64,000 bases of DNA, taken from contig JBDLIE010000001.1 in assembly GCA_039715015.1 (NCBI GenBank), positions 64,001 to 128,000 of the forward strand, in the 5' to 3' direction. The notes beneath the pieces were generated by a model that saw only the letters and a list, made by a program, of their open reading frames with translations, was not told where the DNA came from and searched no databases. This document shows positions 1 through 8,515 of this stretch, piece by piece. Position numbers and translations under genes: made by a program. The stretch comes from Thermodesulfobacteriota bacterium (GTDB lineage: Bacteria; Desulfobacterota; Desulfobulbia; Desulfobulbales; SURF-16). Within the stretch, counting starts at the first letter, position 1. Each line of letters begins with the position of its first letter.

Positions 1-2
1 TA

Positions 3-3000
3 TTTGTGGTAAATGAAGAGTCAATGGTCCATCAGCCACAGGTTGATTGGCATATTATTAATACTATTAAGATTGATGTCAGTAAGCGTATCGGTCTTAG
101 CCCGTCATATATTGTTCCAATAGCTAAAGATGATTTTCTGAAGACAACCAGTGGCAAAATTCAACGTTCGCAAATGGCCATTAATCTTGCCGATGGCAAG
201 TACAGCGGTATACAAAAAGAAATAGAGTGTTTCTTCTCCGATGACCAAACTACGTTACCGGTGTGGTTTTACAAGGAGGAACTGAGGCCAGCTCCTGTCG
301 ATCATGTGGGTGGTCAAAATGGAGCAGGTAGGTATCTTTTATTTCTTAAGGAAGGCGATGCCGTAAATCAACTCGTGTTGGCGCAAGTGGAAAAGCTGGG
401 AGGCCAAGCATATGTGATATATGCAGCGGACTCTTACGAAGAGGTAAGTGCTTCATGCTGGAGAATTAATCCTCGGAATTATGAAGATTACCTCAAAGTC
501 TTCGAAGCCCTTAATCTAAGCACCCTGGATAAGGTTAAAGTTCTCCACTTATGGACAGTGGCAGAAGATGAGTTGGAGGAATACAACGAGTTATCTATGG
601 AGAGGTCTCAGTCCATAGGATTGAATAGCATTTTAAATGTAGTTAAAAGTTGTCGAGGTCTTGGCTGTGAAGTTGATATGTCAGTCGTTTCCGTGGGCAT
701 AAAGTACGGCAATACTGGAAAGATTGTCCCTGTCCACGCGTCGATGCTTGGTTTTGTCAAGAGTGTAAGTCAAGAGATGGCCAATATTAGGACCAGATAC
801 ATTGAAGTAGATACCTTTGATAATATGACCGAGAAGTGTCTTGATACTATTTTCAGTGATATCAATCAGAATAAATTTGAGCATAAAGATGTTGTATATG
901 TTGATGGCAAAAGATGTATCAGTGGCTTAAGGCCTGTTCTCGTGACCAAAGAATCAACACAAAAAGAAGTGTATGGTCGAGGGTCTACCTATCTTGTTTT
1001 AGGTGGAATGGGTGGTGTTGGTAAAGAGTTGGTTGCTGATTTGGTGAGTCGAGAAGCTGGCAAAGTTTATGTAGTCGGCAGAAAAGAAATTTCTCAGCTG
1101 GATAATGCGTCATTAAGTTTCCTCAATAGGTATTCAGGAGAAGTTACATATGTCACTGGTGACATATGTAACATTGAACAGTTGCAGTTAGTTTTTGAGG
1201 AGGTGTCTCCTAAATTTATCGACAGTATAGACATGGTGATAAATCTAGCTGGTTCTTATGAGGAGAAGTCTGCTGAGGATTATGACAACCATTCTTTATG
1301 GGAAAGTATACGAACCAAAATGGTTGGCGCCTACACCCTTCATCGCCTTTTCAGAAATTCGAAAAAGGCTAAATTTGTTCATTTCTCATCTGTTAATGGT
1401 TTTTTTGGTGGCTTTCAAGTTGGAGCATATTCTGCCTCTAATAGTTTTCTTGAGGCATTTAGTGCTTATCAACGAAATAATGGTGTGCAGAGTTATTGTC
1501 TGGCTTATTCTTTGTGGAAAAACACAGGGATGAGCGCTGATTTTTCAGCGCACGAGGCAAGTAAAAAGAAAGGGTTTTGGCCAATTGCCGCGAGGCAGGG
1601 TGTGTCAAGCACTGAGCTTATGTTGGGGCAAGAGCCGTCAACTTATTTTATAGGACTTGATGAATCAAAAGGAGCCTTGCAAGAGTATATCGTTGATCGG
1701 GATAGGCAGAGGCGTTCAACAAAGTATGCCTATCATTTGCCTGAGCGTAGCCGGTTATTGCTGAGTAAAAATTTTACATGTAGAGCTTCGCATACCTCTA
1801 TTCTTGATAGTTCTAACTTGCTGCCCAATGGCAAGATTTTTCTACGCGATAAACACTCTCAATTTTCAGACCTTAAAATGTTTGGCGATATTCTTGTCGG
1901 TGATGACCCCGGTGGCGTTAATGGAAATTGTCAACAGGTGCAGGGGAAGTCATATGCTGAAATTGGAATGAGGGGGATTTTGCGGGAGAAAAGTAGTGTT
2001 TCTGTGTGTTCCTCTAGCGGCACTGTCGATATCGGAGGTTATAGGCTCAATATAGAAAATGTAGAAAAGCTCTTAAAGTCTCTCTGGCAGAATGACGAGG
2101 TCGCGCTGGCTCGGCATGACTTTGCCGGTTCACGAGAGCTTGTTGTTTATGTTGTGTCTTCTGGTCCTGAACGTGAGAACGGAAAGCATTATGTGTTGCC
2201 CATGGATAATATGGCCAATTTCATAAAAACGACAGTTGTCGAAATTGATGAGTTTCCGCTTGTGGATGGCGCAATTGATTTTGATTCTCTCTTTCGGGAG
2301 AATTTTAATAAAAATAACAAATTGGTTGCGCCGCAAACACCTGAACAGAAGATGCTAGCGAAGATTTGGAAGGATGTTCTTAGTATAGACCAGGTTGGTA
2401 TTTATGATAACTTTTTTGAGGTTGGCGGAAGTAGCTTAAAGGCCATCGAGTTAATTCAAAAAATTAATACTCAATTTGATATAGAATTGCCAATCGCAAG
2501 CCTTATGACCACGCCAGTAATCGCTGAGATTGCTAAAACCATAAGTCTCATGTCAGACTCAAATTACTCAAAGAACTTAGTGCCACTCCGAGCAGATGGG
2601 GACAAGAACCCTCTCTTTGTCTGTCCTCCCGGTGATGGGAATGTCTATATCTATAAAGATATGATAGAGGGGATCGATAATGATATCCCAATATATGGTT
2701 TTGCCTTGGACAATAAAATTGTTGATGAGACAACAGGTATATCAGATCTTGCCAGTCGATTTGTCGGTGAAATCAAGATGGTTCAAAAGGATGGCCCGTA
2801 TATGATTGGCGGGTTTTGTAATGGTGGAATTATTGCCTATGAAATAGTTCGGCTTCTAGAGGCCCAGGGGGATGAGGTTGGGTCGTTATTCCTGCTTGAT
2901 AGCAGTTCCCCCGATATAGCAAAGATGGAATTGTCACATTTGCCTGAGGAGTTCCGGTTTGCAATATTTCTAAAGGTGTTTGGTGGAATACAGAACGTGA

Positions 3001-3515
3001 ATATTGTGGAATTATGGGAGGAATATTTCCAGAAGGGCAACTCTGCTGAATATTCTAAAATGGATATGATAGAGCATATCAAAACTATGACTGACGACGA
3101 AAGGTTATCGGTCTTGTTTAAAATTATTTCTTCCCGGGGAATATTGGATTCTGAAGACGGGTATGTTGTTCTTACGCAAGTCTATAAAATTTATAATTAT
3201 TATGTTGAGTCGTTAAGAAATTTCTCTTGTTGTGATACGAAGTTAAATACTCAAACTGTGCTCTATAGATGCACGGAAAGTATTTACGATAAGGATGATG
3301 AGAATCTAGCCGAGCAAGTCCAATATGATTTCCTAAAAAATATTTTCAATACGAATGATGATGACTTGGGATGGCGTGAATACATTAACGATTTGGGCAC
3401 TCAGAATATTGCATGTAATCATTTTGAATTGATGAGAGGCCCATATGTTCAAGATGTTACCCGAGATATCGAGAAGAATTTTGAAGAAGTATCAGAAAGT
3501 GCAGTAGTTGCTTAA
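3..3515 (+). CDS. NRPS terminal module, 5'-truncated: A-domain C-terminus, ketoreductase, degenerate A remnant, PCP, thioesterase
   Basis: The frame is open from the window edge. Motifs: A10-like KTTSGKIQR (141-167), KR GGMGGVG (1002-1022) and catalytic YSASN, PCP DNFFEVGGSSL (2406-2438), TE GFCNG (2811-2825) with a C-terminal NHF His. Confidence 0.9.
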   Translation, partial: FVVNEESMVHQPQVDWHIINTIKIDVSKRIGLSPSYIVPIAKDDFLKTTSGKIQRSQMAINLADGKYSGIQKEIECFFSDDQTTLPVWFYKEELRPAPVDHVGGQNGAGRYLLFLKEGDAVNQLVLAQVEKLGGQAYVIYAADSYEEVSASCWRINPRNYEDYLKVFEALNLSTLDKVKVLHLWTVAEDELEEYNELSMERSQSIGLNSILNVVKSCRGLGCEVDMSVVSVGIKYGNTGKIVPVHASMLGFVKSVSQEMANIRTRYIEVDTFDNMTEKCLDTIFSDINQNKFEHKDVVYVDGKRCISGLRPVLVTKESTQKEVYGRGSTYLVLGGMGGVGKELVADLVSREAGKVYVVGRKEISQLDNASLSFLNRYSGEVTYVTGDICNIEQLQLVFEEVSPKFIDSIDMVINLAGSYEEKSAEDYDNHSLWESIRTKMVGAYTLHRLFRNSKKAKFVHFSSVNGFFGGFQVGAYSASNSFLEAFSAYQRNNGVQSYCLAYSLWKNTGMSADFSAHEASKKKGFWPIAARQGVSSTELMLGQEPSTYFIGLDESKGALQEYIVDRDRQRRSTKYAYHLPERSRLLLSKNFTCRASHTSILDSSNLLPNGKIFLRDKHSQFSDLKMFGDILVGDDPGGVNGNCQQVQGKSYAEIGMRGILREKSSVSVCSSSGTVDIGGYRLNIENVEKLLKSLWQNDEVALARHDFAGSRELVVYVVSSGPERENGKHYVLPMDNMANFIKTTVVEIDEFPLVDGAIDFDSLFRENFNKNNKLVAPQTPEQKMLAKIWKDVLSIDQVGIYDNFFEVGGSSLKAIELIQKINTQFDIELPIASLMTTPVIAEIAKTISLMSDSNYSKNLVPLRADGDKNPLFVCPPGDGNVYIYKDMIEGIDNDIPIYGFALDNKIVDETTGISDLASRFVGEIKMVQKDGPYMIGGFCNGGIIAYEIVRLLEAQGDEVGSLFLLDSSSPDIAKMELSHLPEEFRFAIFLKVFGGIQNVNIVELWEEYFQKGNSAEYSKMDMIEHIKTMTDDERLSVLFKIISSRGILDSEDGYVVLTQVYKIYNYYVESLRNFSCCDTKLNTQTVLYRCTESIYDKDDENLAEQVQYDFLKNIFNTNDDDLGWREYINDLGTQNIACNHFELMRGPYVQDVTRDIEKNFEEVSESAVVA

Positions 3516-3651
3516 TAGACTGCTGGCATGATTTTGGTGGGGAGCAGGTAATAGGCTTGTTTTTTCATTTGTCCTGCATAGTGGATCTTTGTTCAGAGAG
3601 ATCTCTGTTCGTCCTTTAAAAAAGGCACATCTTTGTGTTGAGGTAAGTCAT

Positions 3652-4800
3652 ATGGGAATTTGTAAGAGTTGTGTTATGCCTGTGAAAAAAAACGGGTCAA
3701 CATGTAAAGAGTGTAATGACTTTGTTGCTTTCGATGTCGATTGGAAACAAAAAGAAATCGAATTTAAAAATGTGTTTGATAAACAAAAGGGCAAAGGAAA
3801 ATACGACTGTATGGTTCTCCTCACGGGGGGGAAAGATAGTAGTTTTGTTCTGTATTACATGACAAAGGTTATAGGGGCGAGGGTCTTGGCTTTTACCTGG
3901 GATAATGGATTTATACGAGACCAATCATGGGAAAATATGAGAAATGCTGTTGAGGCAACAGGATGTGATCATGAGGTGTTTAAATATGATCCTGCCAAGT
4001 TGAAAACATTGTTTAGATCGACGTTTAAGATGATGGGCAGTTGTTGTTTCTGCCCGACGATATCCAGCATGTCTGCGCTCAGCACTGCTGCTAAACATGA
4101 CATACCAATGATCATGACGGGTTTTTCTGAGGGGCAAAGGTTTTGCGATCACTCATATGATATGCCGACCCCTGGTGATCAGCGCAAGATGATCCTTAAA
4201 TTTTATAAACTCATGAAAAATTTCTTTATCATTCCTTTAAGAAAACATGAACCTGATCTCGCGGATGAAACCCATCGCCATATCATGGCTCCGCTTACCT
4301 CTTATGTTCAGAGTATAGATGCAGGCAAGACCTATCCTGCTTTGGTGCCGTTATCAAATTATGTTGATTGGACTTCTTCTGGAAGTCTTGAAGAGATTTT
4401 AAGTAAGAATTTGAATTGGGTAAAACCTTCCAAGGCAATTACCCGAACCAGTTGTTTTATCGAGCCCATCAAAGGATATTTCGAACACCAAAAGAAAGGC
4501 TTGAATACAGCATCCGAGATAAGTTGTTTGATCAGGATTGGCGCGGTAACAAGAGAGGATGGCCTAGCTGAGTTGAATAAGATGTATGTCGATGGAACGA
4601 GGCCAGACAGCACCACCATCGAAAAATTTATCAATTTTTTGGGTATCACCGAGGCGGAATTTGATCATTACGGCACGAAACGTGTGTCACTGTTCTCTAA
4701 GATTAAATATCTGTTTCTACTTAAAAATGCCATGGACATCATGCATTGGATTTTGGGAACCTCAAAGGCCAAGGCCAAAAGATTTATTCCTGGAATATGA
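3652..4800 (+). CDS. PP-loop (adenine nucleotide alpha-hydrolase) ATP pyrophosphatase; N-acetyl-sugar amidotransferase-like or AlbIV/CysH insertion-domain-like
   Basis: N-terminal CxxC..CxxC, YDCMVLLTGGKDSS, TWDNGF and IMTGFSEGQ. ATG 3652 is preceded by GAGGT. Confidence 0.8.
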   Translation: MGICKSCVMPVKKNGSTCKECNDFVAFDVDWKQKEIEFKNVFDKQKGKGKYDCMVLLTGGKDSSFVLYYMTKVIGARVLAFTWDNGFIRDQSWENMRNAVEATGCDHEVFKYDPAKLKTLFRSTFKMMGSCCFCPTISSMSALSTAAKHDIPMIMTGFSEGQRFCDHSYDMPTPGDQRKMILKFYKLMKNFFIIPLRKHEPDLADETHRHIMAPLTSYVQSIDAGKTYPALVPLSNYVDWTSSGSLEEILSKNLNWVKPSKAITRTSCFIEPIKGYFEHQKKGLNTASEISCLIRIGAVTREDGLAELNKMYVDGTRPDSTTIEKFINFLGITEAEFDHYGTKRVSLFSKIKYLFLLKNAMDIMHWILGTSKAKAKRFIPGI

Positions 4801-4946
4801 AACACGATGGGCGTAATGATTTTCGATTCAAGCATGGCAAATGTAGTGCAGCAAAAAGTGCTGGATACATTTTCTTATCGTTATGACACCTTTTTGAAAA
4901 ATGTAGCAAATCGGTAGTCGGCAGGTTGATTGTTCACTTGGCCTCT

Positions 4947-4986
4947 TGTGCCCTATACCATTGTGGGGTGGGGCACAGGTTTTGCT
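4947..4986 (+). promoter_or_regulatory. Hairpin overlapping a sigma54-like -24/-12 motif upstream of ccr
   Basis: TGTGCCC...GGGCACA stem followed by GGTTTT. GGGCACAGGTTTTGCT (4971-4986) has GG-N10-GC spacing. Could be a terminator or a promoter. Confidence 0.3.
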
Positions 4987-5076
4987 GAGAAGACACTGTC
5001 CGTAGCTTTTTTTATTGCTCTAAAATTAATTTTAAGGACCATGTTTTCGAGGAATTGTCCTTGTTGGGAGAGATGA

Positions 5077-6321
5077 ATGGGTAAAGATTTTTATGAAATA
5101 GGTGAAATTCCGGAATTGGGTGTAGTTCCAAAGTACATGTTGGCAAGCTGCCTGAGGAGGGAGCGGTATGGTAAGCCAATAAATGCCTTAAAGACCGAAA
5201 AGGTGCCTGTGCCAACAAGCCTTAAACCAGATGAAGTGCTCGTATATGTGATGGCGGCTGGTGTGAACTATAACGTTATATGGGCCAGCAATTCTTATCC
5301 TATTGATGTCTTAAAGGCCGCTAATGCACGTGGCGAAACATTTGATTATTTTATTCCTGGTAGCGATGCCTCGGGCGTGGTCTGGAAAGTTGGAACTGAT
5401 GTGGAAAATGTCAAAGTCGGGGACCATGTTATATTGCATGGTGGTCGCTGGAATGTGGATGCTGCAGATGTCAAAAAGGGGGAAGATCCTACTTTTTCGG
5501 CAAGCTATCACATGTGGGGCTATGAAACCAATCATGGTGCCCTTGCTCAATATACAAAAGTTATGAGCCATCAATGCTTGTTGAAACCTAAAGACTTGCC
5601 TTGGTCAAAAGCGGGTTGTTTTATGGTAGGTGCTGCCGCAGCATACCGAATGCTCCATGGTTGGGAACCGCACACTTTAAATGCTGATGATCCTGTTCTT
5701 GTTTGGGGTGGATCCGGGGGGTTAGGTGGTTTCGGTATTCAATTATGTAAGTTAGCTGGGGCACGAGCTGTCGCAGTAGTCTCAAGTGAAGATAAAAAGG
5801 ATTATTGCAAAAAACTCGGAGCTGTCGGTGTGATCAACAGGAAAGATTTTGATCATTGGGGAAGAATGCCCGAAACTGACGATACGAAAAACTATAGAAA
5901 ATGGCTGATCGGTGTGAAAAAATTCAGGCGTGCTTTTTGGGAGGCAATTGGTGAAAAGGTAGATCCTATTGTTGTTTTCGAGCACCCCGGCGAGGACACC
6001 ATTCCGACATCTGTGACCATGGCAGCACGAGGTGGAATGATTGTTTTTTGTGCTGCGACCAGCGGCTTTTATTCTAACTTTGACCTGCGCTATCAATGGG
6101 TGCATCAGAAACGCTTGCAGGGAACCCATTTTGCAAACACAGAGCAATGTCAGGAAGTGGTTAACTTGGTGGGGGATGGGGAAATTGATCCATGTTTGAC
6201 AAAGGTGTTTGGCTTTGAGGAAACAGCCCAGGCCCATCAGCTGATGGCAGACGGGAATAATTATTTCGGCAATATGGGCATATTGGTCAATGCTGCAACA
6301 GCTGAACAAGTAAGCCTGTAG
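5077..6321 (+). CDS. ccrA: Crotonyl-CoA carboxylase/reductase (enoyl-CoA carboxylase/reductase family)
   Basis: VMAAGVNYN, GSDASGVVW, WGYETNHG, WGGSGGLG, VFEHPG and DLRYQWVHQKRLQGTHFAN. RBS GGAG. Confidence 0.93.
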   Translation: MGKDFYEIGEIPELGVVPKYMLASCLRRERYGKPINALKTEKVPVPTSLKPDEVLVYVMAAGVNYNVIWASNSYPIDVLKAANARGETFDYFIPGSDASGVVWKVGTDVENVKVGDHVILHGGRWNVDAADVKKGEDPTFSASYHMWGYETNHGALAQYTKVMSHQCLLKPKDLPWSKAGCFMVGAAAAYRMLHGWEPHTLNADDPVLVWGGSGGLGGFGIQLCKLAGARAVAVVSSEDKKDYCKKLGAVGVINRKDFDHWGRMPETDDTKNYRKWLIGVKKFRRAFWEAIGEKVDPIVVFEHPGEDTIPTSVTMAARGGMIVFCAATSGFYSNFDLRYQWVHQKRLQGTHFANTEQCQEVVNLVGDGEIDPCLTKVFGFEETAQAHQLMADGNNYFGNMGILVNAATAEQVSL

Positions 6322-6441
6322 GGGGTCACGTGAGGTGCAACGGTTAGCCGGCAAGTGTTGGTTGGTCGGTGAGCGTATATATTTCGCACGAAACGGCGAA
6401 GAACATTAATATTAGTCCATCAAGCTTCAGTTTAGTAATTC

Positions 6442-7191
6442 ATGATTGCTCATTCTCTACGTGCATCTTTGGCGGAACAAGCTCATGTGTATACAATTAA
6501 CCTTGAGCAAGGTAAAGAGCTGTCAAGTTCTGTTCGCAACCGATACGAGTCAATCTTATCGTCAGATGAATTAGACAGTTGCAATAGGTTTCATTTTGAG
6601 CGTGATAGATGCAGACGTCTTATAGCACATGCTAATCTCAGAATTGTTCTTTCAAAGTATGTAGATGTAGATCCTCCAGATTGGATTTTTGAATATAATA
6701 GGTTCGGGCGCCCGGAAATAGCCCGAACGTTGGGAGTATCCGACCTCCGCTTTAACATATCATATTCGGATGACCTGCTGGTTATCTTAGTGAATAATAT
6801 AATTGACGGCGGTATTGATGTTGAGCGAACAGATGGTGTAGATGATCCCATGCAGTTGGGACAGAGCGTTTTTTCCCCTTATGAGATTGATATACTACAA
6901 AGATATCAAAATGATGGTTCGTGCCGAACGCGTTTTTTTGAATACTGGACACTCAAAGAGGCTTTTGTGAAGGCTAGGGGGGTGGGGCTTTCTGTGCCGC
7001 TAAATCAATTTAGTTTCAGTATTGATATCAATAATAAGGTGCAAATAGATTTTTCAAGTAAATTAAATAACAACCCCCTCACTTGGCAATTTCTTCTTGA
7101 ATATCCGACATCAAACCACGTAATTGGAGTGGCCCTTCGTCGCGGTTATCACCCTGATTTGTCTATAATCCTGCGAAACTTGATAATATAG
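6442..7191 (+). CDS. Sfp-type 4'-phosphopantetheinyl transferase
   Basis: GRP, FNISYS, GIDVE and FFEYWTLKEAFVKARG motifs. Confidence 0.92.
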   Translation: MIAHSLRASLAEQAHVYTINLEQGKELSSSVRNRYESILSSDELDSCNRFHFERDRCRRLIAHANLRIVLSKYVDVDPPDWIFEYNRFGRPEIARTLGVSDLRFNISYSDDLLVILVNNIIDGGIDVERTDGVDDPMQLGQSVFSPYEIDILQRYQNDGSCRTRFFEYWTLKEAFVKARGVGLSVPLNQFSFSIDINNKVQIDFSSKLNNNPLTWQFLLEYPTSNHVIGVALRRGYHPDLSIILRNLII

Positions 7192-7211
7192 CGCCTGAGA
7201 GGAGGGCAGAG

Positions 7212-7886
7212 ATGGCAGAAGTTGCAGTTTATCCTATTAAGAATCGCAAAAGTGCTTTTAAGAATTTTACTTACTTAATTAAAGAGGAAAAAACTTCTGA
7301 AGCCGTAATTGTTGATCCCGCGGGCAATTTAAGACAACTTCTTGCGAAAATAGGTGATACGGGATCTGATATCAAGGCAGTTTTGCTAACGCATTATCAT
7401 GATGATCATATAAACTTGGCTGGATCCATCAGTCAGAAGTACCACATGCCAGTTTATATGTGCAAAAGCGAAGTTGATGCCTATGGATTCCGGTGTAAAA
7501 ACTTGGAAGCGATTGAAAACGAATTTTTTTTACATGTTCAAATATTTATGTAAAACCTTTATTTACGCCAGGTCACACGAAGGGCAGTACCTGTTATCAA
7601 ATTGCCGACAACTTGTTTAGCGGCGACACGCTCTTTATCGAAGGCTGCGGATTATGCAAGGGGTACGGTGCCAGCCCTGAAGCAATGTATTATAGTTTGA
7701 AGAAGTTGGTGAAATGTCTTTCGCAAGATACCCGTATTTATCCAGGCCATTCATATGGTGAGTTGCTTGGCGTATTTTTTGATTATCTTTTAAATAATAA
7801 TATTTATCTAAATATTATTAATCTCGAACAATTTGTCGCATTTCGCGATGCGAAAAGAACAGGTTGACTGCTATGATTTCAAGTAA
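7212..7886 (+). pseudogene. PksB-like metallo-beta-lactamase-fold hydrolase with two frameshifts
   Basis: THYHDDH lies in the first frame. After the T8 run (7524-7531), TPGHT...LFSGDTLF...YPGH lies in another frame. After ~7847 the original frame resumes with MRKEQVDCYDFK-stop. Confidence 0.8.
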
Positions 7887-7892
7887 TTTTTG

Positions 7893-7926
7893 AACATCCC
7901 CTTTGGCACGAAACCAAGGGGATGTT
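7893..7926. terminator. Probable bidirectional terminator closing the gene cluster
   Basis: AACATCCCC(T)TTGG / CCAAGGGGATGTT stem between convergent genes. Confidence 0.7.
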
Positions 7927-7961
7927 GCTTTTAACTCCCAACTGGGAGCAGATGTCTAACG

Positions 7962-8357
7962 TCAGTAGTTATGGTAGGCATCCTGGCTAAAGGCGGCAAA
8001 CCGAAAGAGATAGTCGTTAAGCCTGAGTTGTTGATCAAGTGTCATGCCATCCCAGGATCCATCTTTGGCACATTTGACCTTACGTTGGGCAAACACCCTG
8101 TTCCATCCTTTAGATGTTTTTGATTCCACATAGAGAAAAGGGGCCTTGTCGTTTTTACGGTTATGACATTTCTTGCAAATTTGACTGAAGGTTTTGCCGC
8201 CTATCCCCCAAGGCCGACTGTCCCACTCCAGTTGGCCATCACCAAAATTGCGGCATTGTTTTGTTGTGTAATCGAAGCGGACTTCCGGGTTAGCGAATGC
8301 GAGCGGAACAAAGGTGAGTGAAGTCAATAATAGGACTGCCAATACTCTCGAATTCAT
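7962..8357 (-). CDS. Exported monoheme c-type cytochrome
   Basis: Signal peptide ending AFA, one CKKCH motif, two extra Cys, RBS AGGAG. Confidence 0.75.
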   Translation of the reverse strand: MNSRVLAVLLLTSLTFVPLAFANPEVRFDYTTKQCRNFGDGQLEWDSRPWGIGGKTFSQICKKCHNRKNDKAPFLYVESKTSKGWNRVFAQRKVKCAKDGSWDGMTLDQQLRLNDYLFRFAAFSQDAYHNY

Positions 8358-8449
8358 AATGTCTCCTGAGGGAAAAATCTATGATCACTGACTGTTACGG
8401 ATGACTTTACATATGTTTATACATTATCCATTGTTAATGTTTTATAAAA

Positions 8450-8487
8450 GTGGCAGATGCGACACAAATGGGTGGTGAATGCGCCAC
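8450..8487. promoter_or_regulatory. Direct repeat with 22-bp period; candidate AraC/GlxA operator
   Basis: GTGGCAGATGCGACAC and GTGGTGAATGCGCCAC (12/16 identical) lie between the divergent cytochrome and regulator genes. Confidence 0.5.
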
Positions 8488-8515
8488 CCAAAGGAAAAAT
8501 ACCGGAGAAATGTAT

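Noticed and set aside
6..240. Calling the N-terminal fragment a fatty acyl-AMP ligase
   Set aside because: KTxSGKIQR also occurs in keto-acid A domains. The following KR, pseudo-A remnant and PCP favour that reading, though the substrate pocket lies outside the window.
4835..4850. Second GG-N10-GC motif (TGGCAAATGTAGTGCA)
   Set aside because: Weak -12 element, far from the start codon; could be chance.
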